Below are positions 48,127 through 61,799 of a DNA stretch of 64,000 bases, piece by piece. The position numbers and the translations under genes were made by a program. This stretch comes from Mobula hypostoma (Eukaryota): assembly GCF_963921235.1 (NCBI RefSeq), contig NC_086097.1, positions 108,936,001 to 109,000,000 of the forward strand, given 5' to 3'. The notes under the pieces were generated by a model. The model worked only from the letters and a program-made list of their open reading frames with translations, had not been told where the DNA came from and made no database searches. The number at the start of each line of letters is the position of its first letter. Position 1 is the first letter of the stretch.

Positions 48127-50219
48127 TTACATTATCTGAGGATAAGTGTCATCTTGGCAAATTGGTGCTTAAGTGTCAGCTTAGTGTTTACACACAAGAA
48201 TGAGGGGGAGTTGGAGGTCAGGGCAGTAAACGAAGAGTCAGAGGCAGGAGTCAGTGGTTCAGAGTTCAAATCCCCTTGGTGAAGGACCATGGGTTGGTGT
48301 GGGACCTGAGAGTGAGGGCTGGTGACTCCCCCACTCAGTCAGTGAGTGTCATAGTTGGAGGTTCGTATGGGCAGAAGACATGAGGGCCTGAGTTCAAAGT
48401 CCTGTGACTGGTGAATCCTTGAGTTGATACCACAGGTTGAAATCCAAAGGCTGAAGACTGACATCAGCAAGTTTGGAGATTGAGGCCCGAAGAATTGAAG
48501 CCCCTGGGATGGTGTGTCTGGAAGTTGGAGGCCTGATGTCTGCAAGTCTGTGGCTGTGAGTCTGGCTCAGGGACTAGAATTTGGAGGTGGGATGCCTCCG
48601 TGTCTTACAGTCGAGTGGCTTGTCCTGAGGTTGGAGGCCTGTCTGTAGGTGTGAGGATGTGAAAGGGATTTGTTACACTGTTGTCTTGCTTTGTTCTTGT
48701 TGCTGTTGCTTATGTTGCCTGCTGAGTAATATGGGCATGCTATGTTGGGTGCTGGAATGAGTGGCAGTACTTGGAGGCTGCCCTCAGCACATGTGTTGGT
48801 TGTTAATGCATGAGATAAATGAATTTGAACCTGAATCTGGGTTTTGTCATCTTGAAGAAGGGTCTCAGCCCAAAATGTCAACTGTTTACTCTTTTCCATA
48901 GATGCTACTGAGTTCCGTGTGTGTGTGTGTGTGTGTGTGTGTCTTTACATTCTCATCAAATGGCCAATTCAAGAACACCTTCACTGAAGTGTACTGAAGA
49001 GTTTCTACAATCAGTACTATATAAAACATAAAGGTTTTTTGTTGATCTGAAGACTTTCCTCATCTCACCTCGGTTAAATGGAACATTTAAAGCATCAGTT
49101 GCAAGTGGTTATCGTGTTAGTTGCTCAATGAATATATTCAGCAGCCTAATGGTATTATTTAAAACTGTTGCCAAATCCCTTAGCACTACAGCACATGTTG
49201 CTTGTGTAATGACAGCCCTAAGCACATACTTGGTTTTTGTATTGACAAGTCTAAAAGGAAGAGACCTAGCTCTGCAACATACATCAAGGTTGCTGGTGAA
49301 CGCAGCAGGCCAAGCAGCATCTATAGAAAGAGGTGCAGTTGACGTTACTTCATTTGAGGTAGACATCTTTGCCCTTCTGTGACTCCTCTCTGAGTGATGT
49401 CTTCCAATGGACTGGCATCTCTCAGGCAGCAAGGCTGAAGGATGGTATTCCATTCTAAGCTTTTCCCTCTTGCAGTTTGCTGCCACAGTGGCAACCATTC
49501 TCATGTTTGCCAAGACATCTGGACTTGAGAGTTCAATGGTTCTATTTAATATCAGAGTGTGTTCAGTATACAACCTGAAATTCTTACTCTTTACAGATAT
49601 CCATGAAACAAAAGAAAAGCCCTAAAGAATGAATGACAGAAAAACACAGAACCCTAAAGCCCCCTCCCCCCCTTCCGCACACAAGCAGAAGCAAATCATC
49701 AACCTTCCCCCCCCCCCCACTTATTCAAGTGGAAAGCATCAGCCCCTCTCCACCCACTATGCAGGCAATAGCAAAGCCCCCAAAAAGACCATGATTGAGT
49801 CCATGAAAACCCACAGTTCGACACCCCACAGGCTCTCTCTCTCTAACAAGGGAGAGGGGTATCACTCCTGCCATTATTCTGCACCACTTGGCAGCTTATC
49901 TAAAACCATTTAATATTGACTTGACTTAGCCAGCCTTTGCAGTCTCTGCATAAGAGCATACTTATTGCTACATGAGAGCCTAACAGTAGCAGTCTGTGAT
50001 GGCACCATAAAGCTGTATCTGATGCCAAAGTCATCAGAGTTATTTGATATGGCTTCATGGCATGAGGTTGGATAGGCTTCTTATGGTGAGAATCAATGTC
50101 CTTGTAGTTGAATAATCCAATAACCTATTTCATACGACTGGACAGGGATAATGCAAGACCCATGAGTGTACAGTGGAATTTGCATCTATATGCACAGGAA
50201 TCTATCATATGGATAGAGG

Positions 50220-50595
50220 TGTATTGAGAGGTGACCTGATAGAGGTGTATAAGATGATGAGATGCATTGATCGTGTGGATAGTCAGAGACTTTTTCCCAG
50301 GGCTGGAATGGCTGCCACAAGAGGAAACAGGTTTAAGGTGCTTGGAAGTAGGTACAGAGGAGATGTCAGGGGTAAGTTTTTTACGCAGAGAGAAGTGAGT
50401 GCATGGAATGGGCTGCCGGCAATGGCGGTGGAAGCGGATACGATAGGGTCTTTTAAGAGACTTTTGGATAGGTATGTGGAGCTTAGAAAAATAGAGGGCT
50501 GTGGGTAACCCTAGTAATTTCCAGGGTAGGGACATGTTCGGCACAACTTTGTGGGCCGAAGGGCCTGTATTGTGCTGTCGGTTTTCTGTTTCTAT
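50220..50595 (+). mobile_element. CR1 3' end
   Basis: LRGDLIEVYKMMRCIDRVDSQRLFP...FFTQR..SAWNGLP. Confidence 0.92.
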
Positions 50596-52386
50596 CATCT
50601 CATGTCTTGTGCTTTGCAGTCAGACCAGCACAACCACAACAATGCAGTCACCAAAACAAGTGATGCTGTCTAAGTTCAGCATCAGTTCTTTGAGCAAATA
50701 GGAACATGCATTCCTCCATACCCTTTCATTTCATGAGGTTTTTCCAACAGGCCGAATGTTGTGTCTAACATCTCACATTGTCTGCCTAGCAGCCTTCTCA
50801 AGAGCTCTTCATATAGAAGGGCTCAACTTTTCTCATTGAACCTGATTGGGCTCATCCTGTCGTTCTCTTTTCTTCACTCCCACTGCTACCAGGTGTCAGC
50901 CCTCATGACACAAGTCACTTCCTTGCTCATAGTGCCAGTGCCCTTTGAGAACAAGCACACTGAAACAATGACACCTGTAATCATAAAGGGTCCACACTGG
51001 CTGTCCAGTTACACCCCGCCTCTTCTCTCTAGGCTTGCAAATTTCCGTTTACCTAATCCCTCTTGGCAGTCACACTGGGTCTGGCCTCACTCTGCTCTCA
51101 TACTGATCTTTAATACTTGCCCCTGCCCATAAACAGAAGAGTTTTCCGCTATTCTGTCCAGAATCCTCAGCCTTTTCTTTACAGGAACCAGTTCCAGCCT
51201 TTCATCTCTCCTTATAACTAGTAGTTCTTTTACCCTGCAGCCATTCTTGCAGATCTCCCCTGGCACTTCTGATGCCTCATCCTTGCTCTAACGTGCCTTC
51301 AGCTAGTAGAGAGAGGGAGAAGGGCAAACCCTTTTCCTGGGAGAAAGGGATATTGAGGTATGGGGTGAATGGGGAAGAGGGCAAGAACAAAGGAAGCTTG
51401 GATGTGTAGGTGAGTATATGGGGATAAAGAAGTGACTTGTGAGGAATGAAGTTTCCAATATGGAAGTTTGGGAACTTGTCTGTATTACTGGCAAAAATAA
51501 AGATTGACTTCATGAGTGCACCTCTCCTGGAATTCAACTGATCAATACTTTCCCATCATAATGCACCATTATTAATGTTGTATCGAATCAGTAATTTCAT
51601 TTGTATATACACTGCTAACAAAGACTCAATCACAAATAATGCCATTTTTTAAATCAAAAATGTGTGAAAAATATGAACTAAGTTTGTTCATAATCTTTTC
51701 ATGCATTTTGATAATTCACTTTTGATCACAATTGACAGGATTAAAATTGCGGTTAAGGTGACCCAGTCTGGGTAAGTATTTTATTGATTAAAAGCGTCAG
51801 GTTGAGTTGAATGTGAAACTGGAAATTTTTGATTATTGAATCACTTATGTTGTACTTCAGTAGAACTGCTGAAAGTTCTAAATGAAGAACTCATTGATTA
51901 AGCACACTTGAAATGTTACTTGAGAACAGCTGGCACAGAAAAATGATGTAAATACTGCAGTGCGTTGAATCACAACGTACCTGTGGCAGGAAAATGATCA
52001 TTTTATCACTGAGTGAACTAATCACATGCAGGTGTGAATCATTTCAGTTATTGCCAATTCCAGGCTGTAGATTCTGCACTGTCACACTATTAATCCTGTT
52101 CGGTTTCTGCCGATGTGCTCTGCTACACTGGAACTAATATTAATAGACTTCATAAGCAAAATATTCTAATGAATATCATCTGGGAATTTTGGGACTCCTC
52201 TTCCAATTTATGATTGCTTAGCTGCAAAAGCAAATATTAGATTAGAATTGGGTATTTGTTTTGTTGTACTTTTTAATAAGATTATGGCTAATCTTTGACT
52301 TCATTTTAATGTAGAATACTATTCCTCAAACTGTTGATTCCTCCACTATCCAAAATCTACTGGACATTCTCAGTAAGATATTAATC

Positions 52387-52466
52387 CAGGGGTTCCTAAC
52401 CTTTATTATGCTGTGGACTCCAACCATTAACTCGTAGGTCCATGGACCCCAGTTTGGGAACCTCTG
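52387..52466. mobile_element. hAT-type MITE (80 bp)
   Basis: CAGGGGTTCCTAAC...GTTTGGGAACCTCTG TIRs; related to 33119-33185. Confidence 0.7.
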
Positions 52467-53050
52467 GATCGTGAGGCAGTCAGTGTGGACCAGTAATAAC
52501 ATCTCCTTGCTGACAGTCAGCACTGGCACACCTCAAGGATGCATGCTTAGCGCACTGTCCTACCCTCTCTACACCCTTCACTCTGTAGCTTGTGTACTGT
52601 GGAAACAGGTTCACAGGTTTGGCGAGTGCGACATAAAACACTGACTACGAACGAGCATATTACTCATTTATTTACAAACAGTAAAAGATTCGACCAAACA
52701 TTTAAGATCCCTCCAGCTACACAAACTACAGAACTAAATATTCAACAAACCAATACTTGGTTAAAAGTACACGCAGAGCTTACCTTCCCAATGATTCTGT
52801 GAGCCATACCCTGTGAACAAAAGGAAAGAGAGAGTGAACCCCTCGCACGTGTTACTTTTATACCACCCTCCCCACCATAGGTGCTTGAAACTGGACACTA
52901 GGTGTCATGGTGTGCAAGCCAACCAATGGAAAAGGGAGACTGCAGTTTTAAACTAAGCAATCAACAATCGACACAGTGGGAGCTGCTTTCGACCAGTAGA
53001 TAAGTCACACCGGTTTTGGCGATTTTGTGCAGTGAAACTACACTGTACAT

Positions 53051-53599
53051 TGTGACAGGGTCCTGAATTACCCCTATGAACTGTACTTTTGAAAAGAGAG
53101 AGAGAGAGAGAGAGTTGTTCAACACCAGACACCTTGTTATTAAAGAGAGAGGCGAAGACTGCTTGGAGATGGTGTTATGGTTTCTCTGCAGCATGTTTAC
53201 ACTTTGCAAGAACACTAGCAGCTTCCAAGTTCTTACAGAAAGAGAAGGAAGGAGCTGCTTGATGGACAGTTGGTATTCAGCATGGTGAGATAAATAGAAG
53301 GTCAGCTGTTAGACCTACAGACACATGGTTTTGGACACTGAATGAGCTTTGTTGTGCCCACAGAAAAGTGGGTTTTGGAGGATCTATTAGGTGGATCGAT
53401 CAGGCAGATCAATCAGTGGCTCTCGCAGTGTGAAAAGGGTGTGACCGGTGGGGAGTTATTTGTGTGTCCGACCCTCGCCTGAGTTGATAATTCCACCACA
53501 GAAGAACGGTCCCCTTTGTTGTGGTCACAGTCAGTGACTTCTGAAGTATTTCAGAGGACAACGGGAAGATTGATGGCATCAGCTCACCCGAAGACTCAA

Positions 53600-53641
<42 letters not shown>

Positions 53642-53766
53642 ATCTCTCTCTCTCTCTCCTCCCCCCCATCACTACTCAACTCAATACCACGAACTGAACT
53701 TTACTCATCATCGTAAGACTGTCTATTTATCCCTAGGCTTGAAAAAGCTTGGTTTTCATATATTTC

Positions 53767-53832
<66 letters not shown>

Positions 53833-53977
53833 ATCATTACTAACCTGTCTGATATATCTGCAATTATATTACGTAATTTCATAGTTACTAATAAATACCA
53901 TTAGTTAATAGCAGTACCGGACTCCAAAGTGTTTTCCATTTCTGCTGGTTCTTTAACCCATCATGGGGTATGTGACA
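53051..53977 (+). mobile_element. Solo LTR, Gypsy-like
   Basis: TG...CA termini with a 4-bp TSD ACAT (53047-53050 and 53978-53981). AATAAA near 53890; internal (GA)n, (CT)n and (CA)n(TA)n runs. Confidence 0.85.
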
Positions 53978-54289
53978 ACATACATTATTTCTACTTTATA
54001 TAGACTGTGTATTTATCATATAATTCCTACTTTTACTATATGTTAGTGTTATTTTGGTTTTATGTGTTATTTGGTATGATTTGGTAGGTCTTTTTTTGGG
54101 TCCGGGAACGCTCAAAACTTTTTTCCCTTATAAATTAATGGTAATTCTTCGCTGTGTGCTATTCTGGCACGAAAGGTTTTATAGGAATGCTGTACCTTAG
54201 CGGGGAAATACAGGACAAGGGCAGTCCCATATGGAACAAACCAATTTAGCCCAATGTATGGGATTTTCCGGCTAATATGGGACTGTTGA

Positions 54290-57100
54290 GTAGAGGTAGT
54301 CAGCATGGCTTTGTGCGTGGGAGATCATCTCTTACTGATCTGTTTGGGTTTCCTTTGAGCTTTTTGATGAAGTGGCCAAGAAAGTTGATGAGGACCGCAG
54401 GGAAGATATGGTTTACACGGCCCTTGGTTAGGTTCCATATGGCAGGCTGCTCTGGATTGCTGGAATCTAGAGAGAGCTGGCCAATTTAATAGACAGTTGG
54501 CATGATGGTAGAAGGTTGTTTCTCAGACTGCAGGGCTGTGACTAGTGGTGTGCCTCAGGGTTTTGTGATGGGCCTATTGGTGTTTGTCATCAGTATCAAT
54601 GCTTTGGATAGGAATATTCAAGAAACGATTAGTAAGTTTGCAGTTGACAATAAAATAGATGATTATAGTGAACAATGAAAAATGATTTGATAAGCTGAGG
54701 AAGTGTATCAAGGAATGGCAAATGGGGTTTACTTCAGATACCTATGTGGTGTTCCACTTTGGAAGGTCAATTTCAATTCAGATTTTCTTGGTGAATGGCA
54801 GTCCCTGGGGAGTGATGTAGAACAGAAAGTTCTGCAGCACTTGGAATTCAGGTACATGGTTCCCTGAAAGTGGAACCACAGGTAGTGATGAAGTCTTTTG
54901 GCATGCTGACCTTCATAAGTTAGGGCAATGAGTATAAAAATTAGGAGACTGTGCAAAACAGTGGTGAGGCTGCACTTGGAATATTGTGTCCACTTCTGGT
55001 TGCTCTGCTGTAGGAAAGATGTTATTAAACTGGAAAGAGTGGATTTAAAATCTATGAGGATGCTGCAGGGCTTGAGGGAACAGACTTAAAGGGAGAGGTT
55101 GGTCAGGTTAGGACTTTGTTCCTTAGAGGGTAGGAGGATGAAATGTGATTTTATACTGTGCCTATAAAAAGTATTCACCCCCCCCCCCAGCCCTTGGAAG
55201 TTTTCATGTTTTATTACCTTATAACATTGAATCACAGTGGATCTAATTTGGCTTTTTTGACACTGATCAACAGAAAAAGACTCTTTTGTGTCAAAGTGAA
55301 AACAGATCTCTACAAAGTGATGTAAATTAATTACAAATGTAAAACAAAAAATAATTGATTGCATAAGTATTCACCCCCTTCAAGTCAGTATTTAGTAGAT
55401 GCATCTTTGGCAGCAATTATAGCCTTGAGTCTGTGTAGATAAGTCTGTATCAGATTTCAACATCCGGACTCTACAAATTCTCCCAATTCTTCTTTACAAA
55501 ACTGCTGATACTCTGTCAGATTGTATGGGGATCGTGAGTGAACAGCCCTTTTCAAGTCCAGCCACAAATTCTCAGTTGGACTGAGGTCTGGATTCTGACT
55601 TGGCCACTCAAGGACCTTAACTTTGTTGTTTTTAAGCCAATCCTGTATAGCTTTGGCTTTATGCTTAGGGTCATTGTCTTGCTGGCAAACAAATCTTCTC
55701 CCAAGTCATAGTTCTCGTGCAGACTGCATCATGTTTCCCCCTAGAATTTCCCTGTATTTTACTTCATTCATTTTTCTCTCTATCTTCACAGGCCTTCCAG
55801 GGCCTGCAGTAGTGAAGCATCCCCACAGTATGATGCAGCTACCACCATGATTTTAAGTAGGGATGGTATGTTTTTGATGATATGTGGTGTTTGGCTTATG
55901 CCAAACATAGCATTTAGTCTGATGACCAAAATGCTCATTTTGGTTTCACCAGACCATAGAACCTTCTTCCAGCTGACTTCAGAGTCTCCCACATGCCATC
56001 TGGGAAACTCTAGCTGAGATTTCATGTGAATTTTTTTTCAGCTGTGGCTTTTTCTTTGCCACTCTCCCATAAAGCTGCAACTGGTGAAGCACCCAGACAA
56101 CAGTTGTATATGCAGTCTCTCCTATCTCAGCCACTGAAGCTTGGAATTCCTCCTGAGTTCTCAAAGCTCTATTACGGCTTCCCTCACTAGCCCCCTTGCA
56201 CTGTCACTCAGTTTTTGAGGACGGCCTGCTCTAGGCAGATTTACAGCTGTGCCATATTCTTTCCATTTCTTGATGATTGACTAACTGTGCTCCAAGGGAT
56301 ATTCAGTGACTTGGAAATTTTCTTGTATCCATCTCCTGACTTGTGCTTTTCAATAACCCTTCCGCAAAGTTGCTTTTGTCTTCATGGTGTAGTTTTTGTC
56401 TGGATACCAACTCACCGGTAGTTGGACCTTCCAGATACAAGTGTATATTTACAACAATCATGGTGACTGCACATGGTGATCTCCATTTAACTAATTATGT
56501 AACTTCTAAAACCAATTGGCTGCACCAGTGATGATTTGGTGTGTCATATTAAAGGGAGTGAATACTTACGCAATCAGTTATTTAGTGTTTTATATTCGTA
56601 ATTAATTTAGATCACTTTATAGAGATCTGTTTTCACTTTGATATGAAAGAGTAATTTTCTGTTGATCAGTGTCAAAAAAGCCAAATTAAATCCACTGTGA
56701 TTCAATGTTGTAAAGCAATAAAACATGAAGCCTTCCAAGGGGGCTGAATACCTTTTTATAGGCACTTTAGATGTGTGTAAAATCCTGAGGGACATAGGGT
56801 GGATACACTTGGTCTTTTTCACCAGAGTTTGGGTTGCAAGAACTAGAGGGCAGAGGTCAAAGGTGAGAGGACCTTGCGTGGCAATGTTTTTTACACAAAG
56901 TGTGTTATCTATGTGGAATCAGCTGCCCCAATGAAGTGTTTGAGGCAGGTACAATAACAACTTTTAAAAGACACTTGGATAGGTACACGCATTGGAAAGA
57001 TTTAGGCAGTTGTGGACCAAACCCGAGCACCTGGGACATCTTGGTCAGCACGGAGAAGTTGGGCCAAAGGGCTTGTATCTTTGTTATATAACTCTGTGAC
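54290..57100 (+). mobile_element. Old CR1 LINE split by a Tc1 transposon
   Basis: SQHGFVRGRS, GVPQG and VRLHLEYCVHFW lie before 55155; the sequence resumes at 56768. Confidence 0.85.
55156..56767 (-). mobile_element. Near full-length (1.6 kb) IR/DR-type Tc1 transposon with pseudogenised transposase
   Basis: TA on both flanks. Long inverted repeats of about 230 bp, each with outer and inner aagtattcacccc direct repeats. Minus-strand WKKVLWSGETK motif; frameshifts. Confidence 0.93.
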
Positions 57101-57109
57101 TAAATAGAA

Positions 57110-59880
57110 CCATTAAGAGGCAGAGATCATAATTTATTATAATTCACCCTGCAGTTTGAGAGGGAGAAGCTGAAATCAGATTTAATTGTATTAGGATTAT
57201 ACCAGAATATTCTTTATACTAATAAAAAGCAGAATAAATATAATTATTGAGGCATGAGGGAGAAGATGGCCAGAGTTGATTGGAAGGGAATTCTAGCAAG
57301 GAAGACTTTGGAGCAACAATGGATGGAGTTTCTGGGAGTAATTTGGGAGACACAGTGGAATTTCTTCCCAAGGAAGAAGCAACACACTAAATGGCAGGCT
57401 GATAAAGGATAAAGGAAGTCAGGGACATTTGGAGTAAAAGCAAAAGAGAAGGTATACAGTAGGGTGAAGATTAGTGGGAAACCAGAGGAACAGGAAACCT
57501 TTAGAAATGGAGGGCAAGTTAAAAATTTATAAGGGGGGAGAAAATGAAATGTAAGGGTAAACTAGACAATAATATAAAAGAAGATTGCAAAAGTTATTTT
57601 ATGTATAGAAAAGATAAGATAGTGGGTAAGAGTGAACATTGGACCAACGGAAGATGATCTTGAAGAGCTATTAATGGGAACAGGAAAATAATGAAGGTAC
57701 TAGTAATGTGTGAGAAATTCTAGAACTCCAGAGTGTAGTGGTACTGGGGAAGATGAAGGTGTACAAGTCCCATGGACAAGGTGGACTATACCTGAGGGTT
57801 GTGAATGAGGTAGATGAAGGGATTCATAGTGGAGGCATTCATAGTTATTTTTCAAGAATCACTGGAGTCAGGGAGGGTTCCATAGGACTAGAAAATTCCA
57901 TGTGTGACAGAAGTGTTTAAAAAAGGAGGGAGGCAAAAAAAAGAGCAAATTATAGGCAGGTTAATCTGACCTTGATTGTTGGTTATGTTTTAGAGTCCAT
58001 TGCTAAGGATGTACTGTACTTCGAAGTATATGGTAAAATATGAAGTCACGACAATTTCATTGAGGGGTAATCTTGCCTAACAAATCTAATTGAACACTTT
58101 GAGAAGGTAATAAGTGAGTTTGTCTAGCATGGGTAGATAGTTTTGTTTGTATGTCGGTTTATTTATTTTGTGATACAGCACAGAGTAAGCTCTTCTGACC
58201 CCTCAAGCCACACTGCCCCAGCAACCCCCAGCGAACCTGATTAAATCTAACCTAATCACAGGACAATTTACAGTGACCAATTAACCTGCCCGGTCTGTCT
58301 TTCGAACCCATGCATTTCACGGGAAGGATGTGCAGACTCCTTACAGAATGGCACTGCAATTGAACTCTGAACTGTGGAGCATCTCCAGCTGTAGTAGTGT
58401 CGTGCTAACCGCTGCACTACCGTGGCACCCCAAAAGTAGTTTGGTTGACTGGTTGAAGTCAGTGGGGATAAAGAAGGATGACTGCTGGAGACAAGGGGAG
58501 TCCCACAAGGGTTAGTGTCGGGTCTACAACTTCTCACTTGGTACATTAATCACATGGACAAAGGTACCAAGGTAAGTGGAGGGACTGGCACTGCTACAAA
58601 ACAGGGGGTCTGGAGGAGGACTTGGACATGTTGGGAGAGTAAGCAAAGAGCTGGCACATGGAGTACAACACAAGGAAGTGTGTGGTTCTGCCTTTTGGTC
58701 AGAAGAATAAACATAAAACAAAGAACACTGCAGCACAGTACAGGCCTTTCGGCGCACGATGTTGTGTCATCGTTTTATCCTACTCTAAGTTTAATCTGAC
58801 TCTTCCTTCCTATATAGACCTCCATTTTCTATCATCTCTGTGCCTATCTAAGAGTTTCTTAAATGCCTCTAATGTATCTACCTCGATCACCACCCTCGGC
58901 AGTTCTACCATGCTCTGTGTTTAAAAAAAAACATCCTGACAAACGCCTTATACTTGGCTCCAATCATCTTAAAGTTATGTCCCTTGTATTAATAATTTCC
59001 ACCCTGGGTAAAAATCTCTCGCTATCCACTCCATCTATGCCACATGTCATCTTGTACACTCTTATCGAGTCTTGTTAGCCCTTCTTCGCTCCAAAGAGAA
59101 AATCTCTAGCTTGTTCAATCTATCTTCATAGGACATGTTCTCTAATCCAGGTAGCATCTTGGTAAATCACCCTCTCTAAAGCTTCTACATGTTTCCTGTT
59201 GGTGAGGACTATTTTCTAAACGTTGTGAGAACTCAGAAATCAGGGATGCAAAGCGAGTTGGGAGTCCTTGCTCAGGATTCCCTCGAGGTTAACTTTAAGA
59301 TGGTCAGTGGTAAGGATGGCAAATGCAGTGTTAGCATTCATTCATTCATTCTTGCTTTTATCTTCTATAATATTATAAAATATAAAAGCAAGACTGTATT
59401 GCTGAAACCTTAGAAAATGGCCACACTCCATTTGGAAAAAGGGCCTAGAGGACATTCACAAAAGTAATCCTGGGAATGAAAGGCTTAAAATATGAGGAGA
59501 GGAGCATTTGATGTCTCTAGGCCTGTACTCAAAGGGTTTCAGAAGGATGGGGGAGGTGGGGGGAGAGGGGAGTGATTGCATTGAAACCAGCTGGATTCTG
59601 AAAGGCCTAGATAAAGTCCAGCATCTGAGGGCACAGCCTTAGAATAAAGAGACATCCCTCTAAGACAGAGATAAAGAAGAATTTCTTCAGCTAGAGAGTG
59701 GTGAATCTGTGGAACCCATTGTCACAAAGGTTGTGGAGGCTGTCACTGATGTAATTAACCCAGAATTTTATAGGTTCTTAATTGGTAAGGGGGTTATGGG
59801 GTGAAAACAGGAGTGTAGGGCTGTAAGAAAAAAAAATAGCCATTATTGACTTCATGGGCAAAATGGCCCAATTCTGCTGC
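57110..59880 (+). mobile_element. Decayed CR1 with a nested SINE (about 58160-58430, minus) and a nested CR1 3' end (about 58700-59200, minus)
   Basis: Colinear degenerate ORF2 motifs on the + strand, interrupted by recognisable reverse-strand repeats. Confidence 0.75.
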
Positions 59881-59899
59881 GAATTTTTATTAAAGTACC

Positions 59900-60265
59900 A
59901 TCAGACATAGAAGCAGAATCGAGTAAAAGCCCATCAAGTCTGCTCCGACATTCCATCATGGCTGATCCATTATCCCTCTTAACCCCATTCTCCTCCCTTC
60001 TGCCCATAACCTTTGATGCCCTGAATTATCACAAACCTAAATATTCTCAATGACCTGGTCTCCGCAGCTGTCTGTAGTAATGAATCCACAGATTCACCAT
60101 CCTATAGCTAAAGAAATTCCTCCTCATCTCTATTCTAAATGGATGTTCCTCTATTCTGAGGACCTGTCCTCTGGTCCTTGAATCTCCCATTATAGGAAAC
60201 ATCTCCACACGCACTATATCTAGGCCTTTCAATATTTGATAGGTTTCAATGAGATCCTCCCTCAT
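59900..60265 (-). mobile_element. CR1 3' end
   Basis: Minus-strand ORF MREDLIETYQILKGLD...RRNFFSYRMVNLW. Confidence 0.88.
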
Positions 60266-60486
60266 TTGTTAATGAGAGATGTCAGAGGAGAACAACCAGA
60301 CTGGTTCAAGCTGATGGGAAGGCGACAGTAACATTAATAACCACACATTACAACAGTGGTGTGCTGAAGAACATCTCTGAACACACAACACATCGAATCT
60401 TTAAGTGGATGGGCTACAACAGCAGAAGATACTTTGGAGCATCTTTATTAGGCAATGGAGGAAATTAATAAAGTGACCACTGACTA
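60266..60486 (+). mobile_element. Right half of the Tc1 deletion derivative
   Basis: Homologous to 33605-33835. Confidence 0.8.
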
Positions 60487-60499
60487 TATATCCCACATA

Positions 60500-61300
60500 T
60501 TAATGTTTATAGCAGTATCTGGACCAGTTGGAAAAACAGGCTGAAAAATGCAGATGGATTTTAATGCAGGCAAGTGTGTGGTGTTGCTGGGATGACAAAC
60601 CAAGATAGGACTTACTCAGTGAACAGCAGGAGAGTGGTTGAACAGAGGAGTCTGGGAATACAGATCCATAATTCCTTGAAAGTGGTATCACAGGAGGATA
60701 GGGTTATAAAGAGAGCTTTTGGCTCCTTGGCCTTCATAAATCAGAATATTACATGCAGGAGTTTGAAAGTTATGTTAAAGTTGTTTAAGATGTTGGTGAA
60801 GCCAAATTTGGAGTATTCTGCACAGTGCTGGTCACCTAATATAGAAAAGTCATCTGTAAGTTTGAAAGAGTACAGAGAAAATTTACAAAGATGTTACTAA
60901 GACTTGAGGTCCTGAGTTATAGGGAAAGTTTGAATAGGTTAGAACTTTATTCCCTTGAGCGTTAAGGGAAAGAGGGGAGATTTGACAGAGGTACTGTATA
61001 TCAAATTATAAGGGGTATAAATAGGGTTAATGCAAGCAGGCACTTTCCTCTGAGGTTGAGTGAGAATAGAATTAGAGGTCATGGGTTAAGGGATAATAGT
61101 GAAATATTTAAGTGGAACTTGAGGTGGAACTTCTTCACTCAGAGGATATGGGTTTGATTTCAATATTTAAGAGAAGTTTCAATAAGTACATGGATGGGGG
61201 GGTGTATGGGTATGGGTCAATGGGACTAGGCAGAATAAAATTTCAGCGTGGGTTGGATGGGTCAAGAGGCCTGTTTCTGTTGTTATGCTCCATGACCCTA
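60500..61300 (+). mobile_element. CR1 3' fragment
   Basis: LGIQIHNSLKV...LVKPNLEYSAQCWSP. Confidence 0.85.
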
Positions 61301-61799
61301 TAACTCTAATACATCTGTTTGAGATAGCAGCATGAAAATGACCTTTAAGAAAGTTTCTAAATAATTACAGGTTTGTTGGAGGAATGGAACTTTGGAAGTA
61401 TCAGCTTCAGCAACTGTAGTGGAGACATAAGAGACTGCAAATGGTGCTTGACATGCTGAGTTACTCCAGCTTTTTGTGTGTTCCTCAGCAACTATAGTTA
61501 TTGAGGTGAAGATTACCATAATTTTGGAGTAAAATGCATGCTTTAGTGGTGGCCTTGCTGGGTCTCCAAGTTTGAAGGTAATAAATCATCTCCTTCTACC
61601 TTAGGCCACAAACTTGTCAATCACTTCTGAGTTATTAACTTCAAACTTTCTGCATAATCACTCAAAGAGTTGAACTGCATGTGTATGTAATGAGAGCTGT
61701 ATAATTCATCTCCTTCTACCTTACTTACGCCACAAACTTATCAATCACCCCTCATATATCTACCCTCGACTCTCTTTTATCCTTTATATACTTAATCGA

